Source: Anaerolineales bacterium
GTDB lineage: Bacteria > Chloroflexota > Anaerolineae > Anaerolineales > E44-bin32
Assembly (NCBI GenBank): GCA_034430895.1
Contig: DAOUDW010000087.1
Span: 4,408-68,407 of the forward strand
Length of the DNA stretch: 64,000 nt
Direction: 5' to 3'
Position 1 is the stretch's first letter. The number at the start of each line of letters is the position of its first letter. Shown in pieces: positions 1 through 9,659 of the stretch. The position numbers and the translations under genes were made by a program. Below the pieces are notes generated by a model that saw only the letters and a list, made by a program, of their open reading frames with translations, was not told where the DNA came from and did not search any database.

Positions 1-1814
1 CAATACACCGTACCATTCAAGAATGTTCGTGGATGTGGCTCGGTACGGATGAAATCGCCGGTCTTTGGCATCCACCGATCATCAACGATCGAATTTCTCC
101 GGGACTGGTTCCCATCCGGGGTGTGGAGATGCGCTCGCCCGACCCGGAGGACGTACAGGGCTTTTACAAGATCGGCACGTACCACTCGGCTGAGGGAGTC
201 AAAAAGGCGGTCAAGATCTCATCCACGGCCTTGAAGCACAACATTTTCTGCATTGGCAAACCGGATGCCGGGAAATCAACATTGATGCTCCATCTTTCCC
301 ATGCGGCGATGGAGGACGATGGCCAGCCGGCTGTGATCCTGATCGATCCGCATGGCGATCTGGTGAACGAGTTTATCGGTACGCTCAACCCTGCTGATGC
401 GCATCGAATACGGATTTTGGATATCACCGATCGGGACTACGCCTATACGTTGAACCCACTCGATGTCCATCGGGAGGGATGGGACGTCCTCGCGGTCACG
501 AATTCCATCGTGGATATCGGCCAGTCGTTGTGGACGAGATATTGGGGGCCGAGGATGCAGATTCCACTCAAGCGGGGGGTTCAACTTCTCACGGCCGCCA
601 ACGAACTTCGTCCCAAAGACTCATGTCTGGGTTTGTCGCAGCTTGCATCGCTGCTCAACGCGGATGTGAAAGTCCGTAGAGAATTCATCGCCCGGGATTT
701 GGAGGGAAGTCCTCATCGCAAAACACTTGCGAAGTACTTCCTGCATGACTATGAGGACATCACGCGTAATTTCCGTGAACAGGTGATCCAACCCGTTCTA
801 TCGAAAGCCCATCGCTTTGAAGAAGAACCGATGCTGCCGATATTCAGTTGTCCTGAATCGAAATTGAATCTCGGTGAGATTATCCAAAATCGCAACGTCT
901 TGGTGATTAACACCGGCAAGAACCGGTACGGCTCCGAAGTCAGCGACTTCGTTGGCTCGTTGTTGATCAACATCATTCTCCTGGCGTTGATTCGGCAAGG
1001 GGAAAGCGCGGCGCGCGATCGTGTGCCCGTCTTTCTCGTGATCGACGAATTCCAGACGTTCACGGGTGTTGCCTGGGAAGATCTCATCCAGCAAATGCGG
1101 AAATATGGCGGCCGCATGATCCTGGGAACGCAATCCATGGCCAGCCTTCGCAAACAAAATCCGGAAATTCCGGAGATCATCCTGAGCGGTGTGTATTCCC
1201 TTTTTGCTTTCACGATGAACGGTGAAGATGCAGCGTACATCTCAACCAAAGAACTCAGTGGAGAGAAAGGAGGTCCTGCTGCGGATACGCTGCTCAGTCT
1301 TGAGCCCCACAAGGCGTATGTACGGCTTGAAAGGCAAGCGGGAGGACTAAGCCGACCCTTTTATTTTGAAAGTGAGCCTCCTCCTGAATTCGACCAACTT
1401 CTCGCCGATCGTATCTGCGGCTTGCGTGCCAAGTATAGTCTCCCATACAAAACTGCTATGCAAGGAGCACTCGAAATGCTCATAGTTTTTGAGGAATACG
1501 GACAAACGATCAACACCAGGGGGATTCATCCGACCCATTCTCGGTTTCATCTTGATTCTCCCTGTTCGCAAGCAGCACGTATCTTGTTGTCCGATCTCGA
1601 AACCAATGGGGTTGAAGGCGACTCGCTCCCCATCGATTGTTACTGGGGGGAGGGGCCAGGAGGGCAGGAGATACCCGACAACAGCGATGCTTCACAGAAT
1701 ATAGCTTCGAAGGGAGAAATTACCGCCGATGAGAGACGGGATTTTGTTATGGGATTCGAAGGACCGTTGATTGATCAAGATGAGGCAGGTGAGGTTACAA
1801 GTTCATTAGCGTGA
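1..1814 (+). CDS. FtsK/HerA-superfamily P-loop NTPase, VirD4/TraD (type IV coupling protein)-like; 5' end runs off the window
   Basis: The frame is open from nt 3. Walker A GKPDAGKST, ILIDPHGDL, TLNPLD, Walker B VFLVIDEFQTF and RKYGGRMILGTQS occur in the order typical of TraD/VirD4/HerA ATPases. Confidence 0.65.
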   Translation, partial: IHRTIQECSWMWLGTDEIAGLWHPPIINDRISPGLVPIRGVEMRSPDPEDVQGFYKIGTYHSAEGVKKAVKISSTALKHNIFCIGKPDAGKSTLMLHLSHAAMEDDGQPAVILIDPHGDLVNEFIGTLNPADAHRIRILDITDRDYAYTLNPLDVHREGWDVLAVTNSIVDIGQSLWTRYWGPRMQIPLKRGVQLLTAANELRPKDSCLGLSQLASLLNADVKVRREFIARDLEGSPHRKTLAKYFLHDYEDITRNFREQVIQPVLSKAHRFEEEPMLPIFSCPESKLNLGEIIQNRNVLVINTGKNRYGSEVSDFVGSLLINIILLALIRQGESAARDRVPVFLVIDEFQTFTGVAWEDLIQQMRKYGGRMILGTQSMASLRKQNPEIPEIILSGVYSLFAFTMNGEDAAYISTKELSGEKGGPAADTLLSLEPHKAYVRLERQAGGLSRPFYFESEPPPEFDQLLADRICGLRAKYSLPYKTAMQGALEMLIVFEEYGQTINTRGIHPTHSRFHLDSPCSQAARILLSDLETNGVEGDSLPIDCYWGEGPGGQEIPDNSDASQNIASKGEITADERRDFVMGFEGPLIDQDEAGEVTSSLA

Positions 1815-2272
1815 AGCCTCTGAAGGTCATTGGACATCTACGCCGGGATCGATACAACGGTTTACCTCATCCGTCTGATTTGGCTTGTGTTATGAGTCTG
1901 TCGACCGAATGTCGCCGTGGTGGAAAATTTAGAAAGCAGTAAAAATGAATCCGGGTTGACGTATTTGTTGGGATTGGATTGTGATGGTATGCGGTACTTG
2001 TCTCATGCCACGAACGGGATTGTGATAAAGCATGGGGGAGGGAAGGGGTGGTATGGATGTTGGTGACGGTGAACATCAGTGCGAAAAGGATGCCGATGAG
2101 TATGACGTAGTTGTTGAGGGAATCATACGTGGCTTGGAGTCTAGGCGGAAGGATGTGCGGTCTGAATCGGTTTCTTATTTTCTGCCAGACCCAGATGATG
2201 AGCTAGATGTTACTGGACTCGAGGTCCCAGAAAAAGAAGATTGAAAATTTCGTTTAGCATCGGAGGATAACC

Positions 2273-2494
2273 GTGGATGATCAATCGTTGATTGAACAGG
2301 ACCATGACTCTATGGATCGAATTTGGTTGGACGATTGCTCGTGGTTGAACGATTATTCCACGGCTCAAAAACGCAATGATAGAGATCAAGAGGGTTTTCT
2401 TGGTTGGGTTAATAAGAATCCCATATCAATCAATATCTTGATGTTCGTTATCGGGGGCATCACGATTTTCATCATTGGATCGATTATGCTTTGA
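2273..2494 (+). CDS. hypothetical small protein with C-terminal TM helix
   Basis: ORF in an AT-rich spacer with a hydrophobic C-terminus (ILMFVIGGITIFIIGSIML). No recognisable family. Confidence 0.25.
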   Translation: MDDQSLIEQDHDSMDRIWLDDCSWLNDYSTAQKRNDRDQEGFLGWVNKNPISINILMFVIGGITIFIIGSIML

Positions 2495-2606
2495 ACGGTG
2501 ATTTTTTCATATCAGGGAACTCAGGGATTTGAATATAAAATAGAGAATCTAAAATTCAATATTGGTGTTGTGAAATGTACAGACAATATATCTTTTGGAA
2601 GAATGA

Positions 2607-2849
2607 TTGCGATATAGGCTAGGGGGTAATGTGGCAAATCAAGATAGCAATAGTCAAAAAGCAAAGAATGGATTGCTCTATATGGGGATGGTTCTTTTGA
2701 TTGTCGGAACCATTGGCATGTTTGCCTTGGTTTCAGGTTCATCATTTTCGATTGAATTGATTGTGACGGTAGTCGGATTTTTTTCTTTTATTTGGGCTTT
2801 CGATCCCGAACCAGGAATAACTACCAAGGCTAGAGCAACTTTGTCATAA
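2607..2849 (+). CDS. hypothetical small 2-TM membrane protein
   Basis: 80-aa ORF with two hydrophobic helices (LLYMGMVLLIVGTIGMFALV and LIVTVVGFFSFIWAF). No family recognised. Confidence 0.3.
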   Translation: MRYRLGGNVANQDSNSQKAKNGLLYMGMVLLIVGTIGMFALVSGSSFSIELIVTVVGFFSFIWAFDPEPGITTKARATLS

Positions 2850-2979
2850 TCACCACTTCTATGGCTAGTCTCATTTTGTACCGCCTGGTATTTATCCTTA
2901 TGGGGGCACATTCATCCATCACGTAGGTTAGGACCTTCACTTATAAAGGGAATGTTTCAAGGAGTAACGGGGTAATCTT

Positions 2980-3429
2980 TTGGGGTCTCAAGGACTCGAA
3001 TTAATCCCAGTGCCAAGGCTAAACATGGATATTCCAGATAAATCCAGATTGGTTATTCGTGCGGGAGATCAGAGAATAGCTGACCATGTTATTTACTGCA
3101 ATTCTCGTGATTCGAGACGAAAAGGTTTGCTGGGTCGGCGTATCCTTGCCCCGGATGATGGAATCCTGATGAAAATGCCGGGCTTTCGCAAAGGGAAATC
3201 GGGCGTCGTCAATTCAATTCACATGCTGGGTATGCGTTTTGATATCGCAGCCGCGTGGTTAAATTATGAAGGAAGAATCCAATATTCTATCCTGGCCAAG
3301 AGATGGCGTCCTTATTATGGAACCTCTCATCCATCCTGGTATGTTCTAGAACTGCACTCATCAAAATTACCTTTGCTTTCTGAAGGGACTTTGCTTTACT
3401 GGAAGGCTTGGTCGCCGAACGGAATTTGA
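2980..3429 (+). CDS. DUF192 (COG1430)-family protein
   Basis: RRKGLLGRRILAPDDGILM, IHMLGMRFDIAAAWLNYEGRI and WYVLELHS match the conserved DUF192 blocks (GLMgr..l..d.GmLF / fwMknt..pLDi.f.d..g / yvLEl). Confidence 0.55.
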   Translation: MGSQGLELIPVPRLNMDIPDKSRLVIRAGDQRIADHVIYCNSRDSRRKGLLGRRILAPDDGILMKMPGFRKGKSGVVNSIHMLGMRFDIAAAWLNYEGRIQYSILAKRWRPYYGTSHPSWYVLELHSSKLPLLSEGTLLYWKAWSPNGI

Positions 3430-3448
3430 ACACTTTATTGGACAAGAT

Positions 3449-4600
3449 ATGGCCGCAGCAGGTTCTTTGAAACCTACACTCGAATTAGAAGATGTAAGGG
3501 ACTGGGCTTACTGTCCATTACGAGTCTGGTGGAGACACAAAGGGCTGGCATCTGATATTGTCAGGTTCGGAGGAAATCGCACAGGCGAAAGCCTTGTGCG
3601 TGAGTCGATTCGCTCAGCGATTCGCCTTTATTACCGCAATATCCGAAAGCAGCCAGATTTTTCCTTTGGGGAAAGTCTGGGGTTGATATGGAGATATTGG
3701 CTTGATGCTTGGGAATTGTCTGGTGCCCTAACTTCGCAACTTGTGGAGTACCACCAGAGACGGCGGACTTTGCTAAAGCGCTTCGAAGAAAGGTCTTTTA
3801 AAGCACAGGATGGTATGGATGGAAGGGATTCCATCATGAAGCGCGCATGGCGCGAGGATGCAATAACTAATGGGCTATTGAATCTACGGAAGAAGATAGA
3901 TCGTCATCAGGAAGCAATTGGGATGGTAGGCATTAATGCTCGCGATGACGATACTCGTCAATCCCCGATAGGCTTTGCGGATGCATTCTCGAATTCGATG
4001 GACATGGCAGAGCAGATCCATTTGCCTGATCCAAGTAGAGTACTCGGTGTCGGAGTGCCCATGGTGGTTGATCTGCCAACTGTAACATTAAAGTGTCGCG
4101 CCGATATCGTCCAGGAACTGGAAAGATCAAGAGGAGTAGGTCGACCTTCCAAGGATCCGTGTAGTAACGTTTATACGCAGAAACTTGAAACCACCGTATT
4201 CCTTTTTAATGAAATCTTGTCTTCGTTAAATAGTCTGGCCATGGACATACGTATCCTGGCGTTCAAGTGGGCAAAATTGGCTCCTGATAGATTCACCGGG
4301 AGAAACATAGTAAAACGTGTGAGTCTTTATCATCTTCCTTCTGGGGAGTCTCAGGAGTTTTCGCCTCGTATTCGTGATGGACTTAATTATCTGGATGCAT
4401 TGTCAAGGTCTGTGATTGTTGGTATCCGATACGGTTTGTATGTTCCGCGATGGATACGAGGATGGCATATGTGTGGGGATTGTGAATACCGTATTCATTG
4501 TTTTTCTGATACGGGGGTTTTTCAAGCGTTTGATACCACATGTCGCACTCAGATAGATGGAAGACATTCTTTTCCAGACAAGATGGTGGAGGTTCAATAG
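3449..4600 (+). CDS. Cas4/RecB-like PD-(D/E)XK nuclease superfamily protein with 4-Cys cluster signature
   Basis: N-terminal WAYCPLRVWW plus C-terminal C-x2-C-x5-C (HMCGDCEYRIHC), which is the Cas4/AddB-type Fe-S arrangement. No CRISPR array or other cas genes are nearby. Confidence 0.55.
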   Translation: MAAAGSLKPTLELEDVRDWAYCPLRVWWRHKGLASDIVRFGGNRTGESLVRESIRSAIRLYYRNIRKQPDFSFGESLGLIWRYWLDAWELSGALTSQLVEYHQRRRTLLKRFEERSFKAQDGMDGRDSIMKRAWREDAITNGLLNLRKKIDRHQEAIGMVGINARDDDTRQSPIGFADAFSNSMDMAEQIHLPDPSRVLGVGVPMVVDLPTVTLKCRADIVQELERSRGVGRPSKDPCSNVYTQKLETTVFLFNEILSSLNSLAMDIRILAFKWAKLAPDRFTGRNIVKRVSLYHLPSGESQEFSPRIRDGLNYLDALSRSVIVGIRYGLYVPRWIRGWHMCGDCEYRIHCFSDTGVFQAFDTTCRTQIDGRHSFPDKMVEVQ

Positions 4601-4728
4601 CGGTAACGCTATACCGAAGACATAAATCCGTGGACCATATCCTTTTCTTAAAGATACTTACGCAGTCAGTCGGGTTATTGCCTGACGGCGGTTTTAGGGG
4701 GTTAGATGACTTTGGGGGTAAATCGATC

Positions 4729-6297
4729 ATGCTAGGGCACTTTCGAAGACGAATCGCCCGGTCCGGGCGGCGTCTCTTCCTATATCTCGCGGGAATATTC
4801 ATCGTCGCGATAAGTGGTGCGATTGCGATTTCTGCAACTCTATTCCCGCTCTATACACATGTGGGGAATTGGAGCGATGTCGTCTTACAAATTTTCATTG
4901 CAATACTTGGTGCATTGATGGGTATTTTGCTCATTATCGCTGCACGTCAAGAAACAAAGGCGCTGGACCTCTTCGGCTGGTTGCAGGAGTTGAATTACTT
5001 ACTCGCTGGACTATCCGCTCCCCTAAATGTTGAAAACATCTATCCTATTTGTGAGAAGCTGCTGAGTGTTTTTCCAGAGCATTCGGGATGGATTCTGCTA
5101 ATTAGAGCTCCCGGTTTGTTAATCCGAGGTGAAGTAAGAAGGCGTAAGTATCTACCTATTGTCTTCGATCCAGTAGATCATCAATGGGATATCCACTGGG
5201 CTGAGAATCATCTCAAGGACATGATTGAAAATGTTGATGAGTCAGAGAGGCGAGTTGCAGCCAGGTTGATGTATGGAGCAAAAATACCAGAAGGCACATT
5301 GTCGGCTGACATGGCAGGCATGTCATTGACAGATCAGATTGCTGCGCAATCTCGGACAGTTGGTTTTCTTAGGAATAGAAAGCGTGGATTAATACGACAA
5401 AAAATTGACGGTTATCCTGTGCTCGTCTGGACCTCGAAGATAAAAGCCGGGGATATTTCTACCGGAATGGCGATTGGAGTAGGCGAGAAGAAAGCGATGC
5501 CAGGCACAATGACAGTGCAGGCATTAACGACCGGCTTGGATTTACTTGTTCAACGTATTGGCAGCATTCTGACAGAGGTAATTCAACGACGAGAGGGTCT
5601 GGGAATCGAGAATCTTGGTTTGATCATGCGGGTGCTTGCTCATGAGATCAACAATGATCTTCAGGGCGCATTGAACACCATGGCCACATACTTCGATTAT
5701 TCCAACGGGTTAACAAGTAACCGGTTCTTAAAGCTTCGAGCAATGCTTGCCCGGGCGAGTCATTGGAGTCACTTAATGCGTGAGGCACCGTTTCTTGTGG
5801 ACAATGTGCTTCCTGTTGAACGGGATATTATCTCTCTTTTCGACTCCCTCCGTGGAACAATCGACGAAATTCGTCAGGCCTGGCCTGATCTCTCGTTTAT
5901 TCTCGAATTTCCTGATGATGCAGAACGAATGGATGTTGTAGGTGATCAGCATGTATGCTCGATCCTTCGCAATCTTTTACACAATGCAGCTTCATTTTCC
6001 CCTGATGATGGTGCTGTAAAGATAACTGTTGCGGAGGATAAAGACTATGCACGTGTTTTTGTTCAAGACGAGGGTCCAGGGGTTGATCCAGCGGACATTG
6101 ATAAGATATTCTCGCCTTTGGCGAGTTATAAAGAGGGACGAAGAAGGGGTGTTAGGGCGGATTATGGTATGGGGGTTGGTTTAACCCTGTCGAGGGCGAT
6201 TTCTCGTGCCTATGGCGGCGGTTTGCTTTGTCACAGCAATGTGCAAGAAGGGGGAGGTTGTTTCGAGGTTTTCTTTCCCCTGGCATATGATGATTAA
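4729..6297 (+). CDS. sensor histidine kinase (2 N-terminal TM helices)
   Basis: H-box LAHEINNDLQGAL, N-box LLHNAASFS, G1 DEGPGVD and G2 GMGVGL. The ATG at 4729 is preceded by GGGGG, so the track ORF from 4540 is probably over-extended. Confidence 0.85.
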   Translation: MLGHFRRRIARSGRRLFLYLAGIFIVAISGAIAISATLFPLYTHVGNWSDVVLQIFIAILGALMGILLIIAARQETKALDLFGWLQELNYLLAGLSAPLNVENIYPICEKLLSVFPEHSGWILLIRAPGLLIRGEVRRRKYLPIVFDPVDHQWDIHWAENHLKDMIENVDESERRVAARLMYGAKIPEGTLSADMAGMSLTDQIAAQSRTVGFLRNRKRGLIRQKIDGYPVLVWTSKIKAGDISTGMAIGVGEKKAMPGTMTVQALTTGLDLLVQRIGSILTEVIQRREGLGIENLGLIMRVLAHEINNDLQGALNTMATYFDYSNGLTSNRFLKLRAMLARASHWSHLMREAPFLVDNVLPVERDIISLFDSLRGTIDEIRQAWPDLSFILEFPDDAERMDVVGDQHVCSILRNLLHNAASFSPDDGAVKITVAEDKDYARVFVQDEGPGVDPADIDKIFSPLASYKEGRRRGVRADYGMGVGLTLSRAISRAYGGGLLCHSNVQEGGGCFEVFFPLAYDD

Positions 6298-6314
6298 CGC
6301 TTCAAGTAGGGAGG

Positions 6315-7079
6315 TTGATAGTAGTGGCACAAAGAGATTACGAACGTGTAGTCCTTGCAGAGGATGATCAAGAACGTGCTTCCGAAATGATGAAAATTCT
6401 CAACGTGATCGGAGGGTTTGATGTGTCGATCACGAAATGGAGAGCCGAAGTAGTTAATCTCGTCAGCGTAACGAAAGCTGGATGGTTAATTCTTGACCTG
6501 AACCTGGAAGATGGAAATTCTGCAGAAATCGTACCGCTTCTTCGTGAGCAATTTGGAAAAGATCTAATCATTATCATTTTATCTGGATTTTTCGAAGAAT
6601 ACCCTGAGTGGGATTTGTTGTCTAGAGGGGCGGATCTGTATTTACGGAAACCTTATCGGCCGAAGGCAATGCTCCAACAAATGGAAACATTGCGGGCACG
6701 TCTGGAAGGACAGCCGTTGAAGAGGTCAACCAACATCAGTCTCAAGATCGGTGACGGAGTACTTGACTTGGATCAAGCGGTTTTCAAGAGAGGAAGTACA
6801 GAGATTGTTGTTCCCCACGTCCAAATCAAGTTAATTAAGTTACTGGCGGCTGCTCGCGACGGTGGTGGCTGGAAATACGTTGATCGCCCAGAAATCATCA
6901 TGCATGTCTGGGGCGAAGATTTTGAAGTGGACCCCATTACAACGACGGAGCGGCTGCGAAAATTAAGAAACCGAATACGAAAAACGTTAGGCACCAAGAT
7001 AACAGAAAGCGTTCAATCTGGAACGAAAAGGCTTCCCAAGTATCGCCTCGTTTCGGAGATTAAGGTAGTAGAGGACTGA
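6315..7079 (+). CDS. OmpR/PhoB-type response regulator (receiver + winged-helix)
   Basis: Receiver residues EDD, LILDLNL, ILSG and LRKP are present, followed by a C-terminal trans_reg_C-like segment. The start may be the GTG at 6324, downstream of GGGAGG. Confidence 0.85.
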   Translation: MIVVAQRDYERVVLAEDDQERASEMMKILNVIGGFDVSITKWRAEVVNLVSVTKAGWLILDLNLEDGNSAEIVPLLREQFGKDLIIIILSGFFEEYPEWDLLSRGADLYLRKPYRPKAMLQQMETLRARLEGQPLKRSTNISLKIGDGVLDLDQAVFKRGSTEIVVPHVQIKLIKLLAAARDGGGWKYVDRPEIIMHVWGEDFEVDPITTTERLRKLRNRIRKTLGTKITESVQSGTKRLPKYRLVSEIKVVED

Positions 7080-7115
7080 ACAGAGTAACATTGATAGAAT
7101 GAAGGATAAGCAATC

Positions 7116-8183
7116 ATGCCAAAAGCCCCGAAGGGGTTTCATCTACCTCCATTTGTGATGGCGCCAGAGGATCTTGAAGAAGTGGCGCTTCATATTGAGG
7201 AAAAACTAGCTGTGGGCTGTGAAGACATCTTCTGGCCCATCCCTACGGGTTTTGACCCCATCGATCGTTATTCGGGTGGTGGATTGCATGCTGGCGATCT
7301 GACAATTATCGGAGGCGTTCAGAATGTCGGAAAAACCGCGCTCGTTCTTCAAATCGCCAATCATATTGCAGTCAACGATGCCCTTGCCATTATCGTTTGC
7401 TACGAGCATAGTACCGTCACGCTTTGGGAACGATTATTATGTCAGAATTCGTTTACCGTGAGTCCTGATGATCATATCACCATGGAATCACTTCGCGAGG
7501 CGTATATCGAAACGATTAGAGAACGCAAACGGATTCTTACCGATCAATCGAACCATAAAATTCACATACTTGACGAAGTCCTTTCGAGGGTGCCAAGGGG
7601 AACAGAATCCTGGTCGAGATTAACCGACCGCATGCGCAATATTTGGTTGGTTATGGGTGATGGGGTGAATACGGACCTGGTGTCGTTAAGCCGATACATA
7701 GAGTTTGCGATCCAACACTATAATAAACACAGAGTTGTACTTATCATTGATTACGTGCAGCGAGTTCCTATTATTGACACCTCCCGCGCTCTCGATTCGG
7801 ACGAGCGCATCGAGCGAGTTCTTACCGGGTTGAAAGGCATGGCGATGCGTACAACTTCCCAAGGATCTGTGCTTTCTATTATGGTTGTTGGTGCCGCCGA
7901 TGCCGATGGAATTCGTCGTGGAAGAGTGCATTTCGAGAATCTCTGGGGTAATTCCACCATGCAGTATGAACCGGATGTCGCTTTGATTGGCAACCGGGAT
8001 GGCGTCGATACAGATGGTGTTGCATTGGTGCGTTGGGCCATTGAGAAAAACCGGCGGGGTGAGAGTAATATCGAGTTTACACATCGCTACCATGGCGCTG
8101 CATTTAGTTTTGAACGAAGCGGCGAAAGAATAAGCTGTGAAGAGAGTTGGCAGTCTGAGCGTGAGGGATTTAGGAACTCATGA
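7116..8183 (+). CDS. DnaB C-terminal-domain / KaiC / RecA-like ATPase (no DnaB N-terminal domain)
   Basis: IPTGFDPIDRYSGGGLHAGDLTIIGGVQNVGKTALVLQIA (DnaB-C H1/Walker A pattern) and Walker B VVLIIDYVQRV. At 355 aa it is too short for a replicative DnaB. Confidence 0.65.
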   Translation: MPKAPKGFHLPPFVMAPEDLEEVALHIEEKLAVGCEDIFWPIPTGFDPIDRYSGGGLHAGDLTIIGGVQNVGKTALVLQIANHIAVNDALAIIVCYEHSTVTLWERLLCQNSFTVSPDDHITMESLREAYIETIRERKRILTDQSNHKIHILDEVLSRVPRGTESWSRLTDRMRNIWLVMGDGVNTDLVSLSRYIEFAIQHYNKHRVVLIIDYVQRVPIIDTSRALDSDERIERVLTGLKGMAMRTTSQGSVLSIMVVGAADADGIRRGRVHFENLWGNSTMQYEPDVALIGNRDGVDTDGVALVRWAIEKNRRGESNIEFTHRYHGAAFSFERSGERISCEESWQSEREGFRNS

Positions 8184-8277
8184 GCATAACATGTTTTAGG
8201 ATTATTAAGTCCCTGGCTCAAGGGTTTCGTTGCGTGTTATTTGGCCTAGTTCACACAACTCGGGAAATATAAAAGAG

Positions 8278-8871
8278 ATGAATATTCTTGTTTCTATTTT
8301 AACGACGGTTCTCTTAATCTGGGCGGCGCGAGTTGATTACAGGATCAGAAAAATCCCCCGCGGCGCTGGATTGTGTATTTTGTCTATCGGCTTGTTCGTT
8401 CTATTATGGAACCGGCTTTGGGTGGAAGCGCTGTATTATGTGCTTGCGATCTGGTGCACTTCCGGGGGTATATGGAGTCTGGTTTTGATCCTGGCATCGA
8501 TGGCAGCCGTATATATTGGAAGTGACAGCAGCATTCCTCTCGTTTTAGGTATCGTCCTGGTTTCTGTGTTTTTCTGGATGCGTTGGTTCGGTGGTGGGGA
8601 TGCGCAGCTCGCCATTGGGCTCATCGGGATCGGCCACGATTGGCCTGTCCTTGTTCTCTTGGTCGGCTGTACAATCATATGGATGGTCATTCTCGTGTTT
8701 CGAAAATATGGATTTTCGGATGGGCTGAGACGATTGCGTTACGTTTTCCTGAACCTTGGCGCAAAACCGGACGTGCATGCGATCCGTACGCCCTGGGCGG
8801 TGATCGCTTTGATTTCAGGTATTCTCTATCTCTGGCTCTGGCCTGTCGTCACGGGATGCATGCTGACATGA
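8278..8871 (+). CDS. A24-family prepilin peptidase (CpaA/TadV-like)
   Basis: Polytopic membrane protein with both aspartate motifs (ARVDYRIRKIP and GGGDAQLAIG). Confidence 0.7.
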   Translation: MNILVSILTTVLLIWAARVDYRIRKIPRGAGLCILSIGLFVLLWNRLWVEALYYVLAIWCTSGGIWSLVLILASMAAVYIGSDSSIPLVLGIVLVSVFFWMRWFGGGDAQLAIGLIGIGHDWPVLVLLVGCTIIWMVILVFRKYGFSDGLRRLRYVFLNLGAKPDVHAIRTPWAVIALISGILYLWLWPVVTGCMLT

Positions 8872-9356
8872 AGCGGACAGCACTGGCGGGCAGCAGCGTT
8901 GTTGTCGCTGCGATATTGATCGTTGGCTGTTCTCTCTTCGGCGAAGGAAACGATGGAACGGGTACACCCGAAGATGATCTCCAAACCACAAGCGGAACCC
9001 CGCGCGAGATCAGCGGCGAAGAAGCGCTGCAGCTCTACGGCGTCGAGACGGAAGATCCGGCTTCCATAGTGCCCACAAGCACCCCACTCTATTTCTTCCC
9101 GGCGCGCGCCTGGGTGCTGCCCAACGAAATTCCCTACGACACGAACGAGACAATCACCATCCTGCCCATGTTCACCCGTCCATCATTAAACGACGGCGGA
9201 ACCTGGCTGGGCGACCTGCAGACCGGGACGGAGGTCGTGCTGCACAGTGTGAACGCCGATCGCACGGCCTGCCTGGTCGAAGGACTCACCATGCAGGGCT
9301 GGTCCACGATTGGCTGGGTGGCCTGCAATCGGCTGCGTTTTTACGAAGGAGATTGA
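8868..9356 (+). CDS. lipoprotein with C-terminal SH3b-like module (copy 1 of 3)
   Basis: Lipobox AAILIVGC. ATGA overlap with the peptidase stop. The C-terminal 65 aa (ETITILPMFTRPSLNDGGTWLGDL...GWVACNRLRF) recurs at 12470-12670 and 21350-21450. Confidence 0.6.
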   Translation: MKRTALAGSSVVVAAILIVGCSLFGEGNDGTGTPEDDLQTTSGTPREISGEEALQLYGVETEDPASIVPTSTPLYFFPARAWVLPNEIPYDTNETITILPMFTRPSLNDGGTWLGDLQTGTEVVLHSVNADRTACLVEGLTMQGWSTIGWVACNRLRFYEGD

Positions 9357-9449
9357 TTCCAGGTCTTTTCGGTTTCGTCGGTGTCAAGGAAGAATCCACC
9401 GATTCTCAAGATTCCTGGAATCAACTACCAAGTGCAACTTTATGGTTTA

Positions 9450-9560
9450 TTCACCGCTGCAGGTGCTGAATCCGGTTCGAGGCCGGAGCGTGCGAACTGG
9501 TCTCTGCCTGGAGACAAATCAAGCCCCTCGGGGCAATTCAAACGGAGGTAAGCCATGAGC
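9450..9560 (+). repeat. orphan copy of the 5' leader of the 12377 gene, followed by a 5-codon dead ORF
   Basis: About 85 percent identical to 12282-12380, including the GGAGG-N6-ATGAGC start context, but the reading frame stops after ATG AGC GCG GCA TCC TAA. Confidence 0.5.
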
Positions 9561-9659
9561 GCGGCATCCTAAATACCGTGAATTGTAAGCGCCTGAGTAA
9601 TTACAACAAATCAGTTCATGATCTTCGACCGAGGGCGGATAGACGGCATCCGCCTGACC

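Noticed and set aside
1857-1880. Possible extra copies of the interspersed repeat at 1857-1880 and 24017-24045
   Set aside because: They share only about 10-12 contiguous or gapped matches (cctcatccg; acacga...cctacagg), which is too weak to call without a statistical scan.
8583-8867. N-terminal extensions of track ORFs (8583-9356, 13374-14936, 4540-6297, 12839-13597, 21679-23160, 36521-38377)
   Set aside because: The extensions overlap the preceding genes or lack an RBS. Internal ATG codons with Shine-Dalgarno motifs, followed by signal peptides or lipoboxes, give more credible starts.
9470-9500. GGTTCGAGGCC / GGTTCGAGTCC T-loop consensus (also at 12293-12320) as a tRNA gene
   Set aside because: Only a T-arm-like hairpin is present. 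I could not fold a D-arm, an anticodon arm or a conserved acceptor stem in both copies. It is therefore reported as a leader or relic rather than a tRNA.
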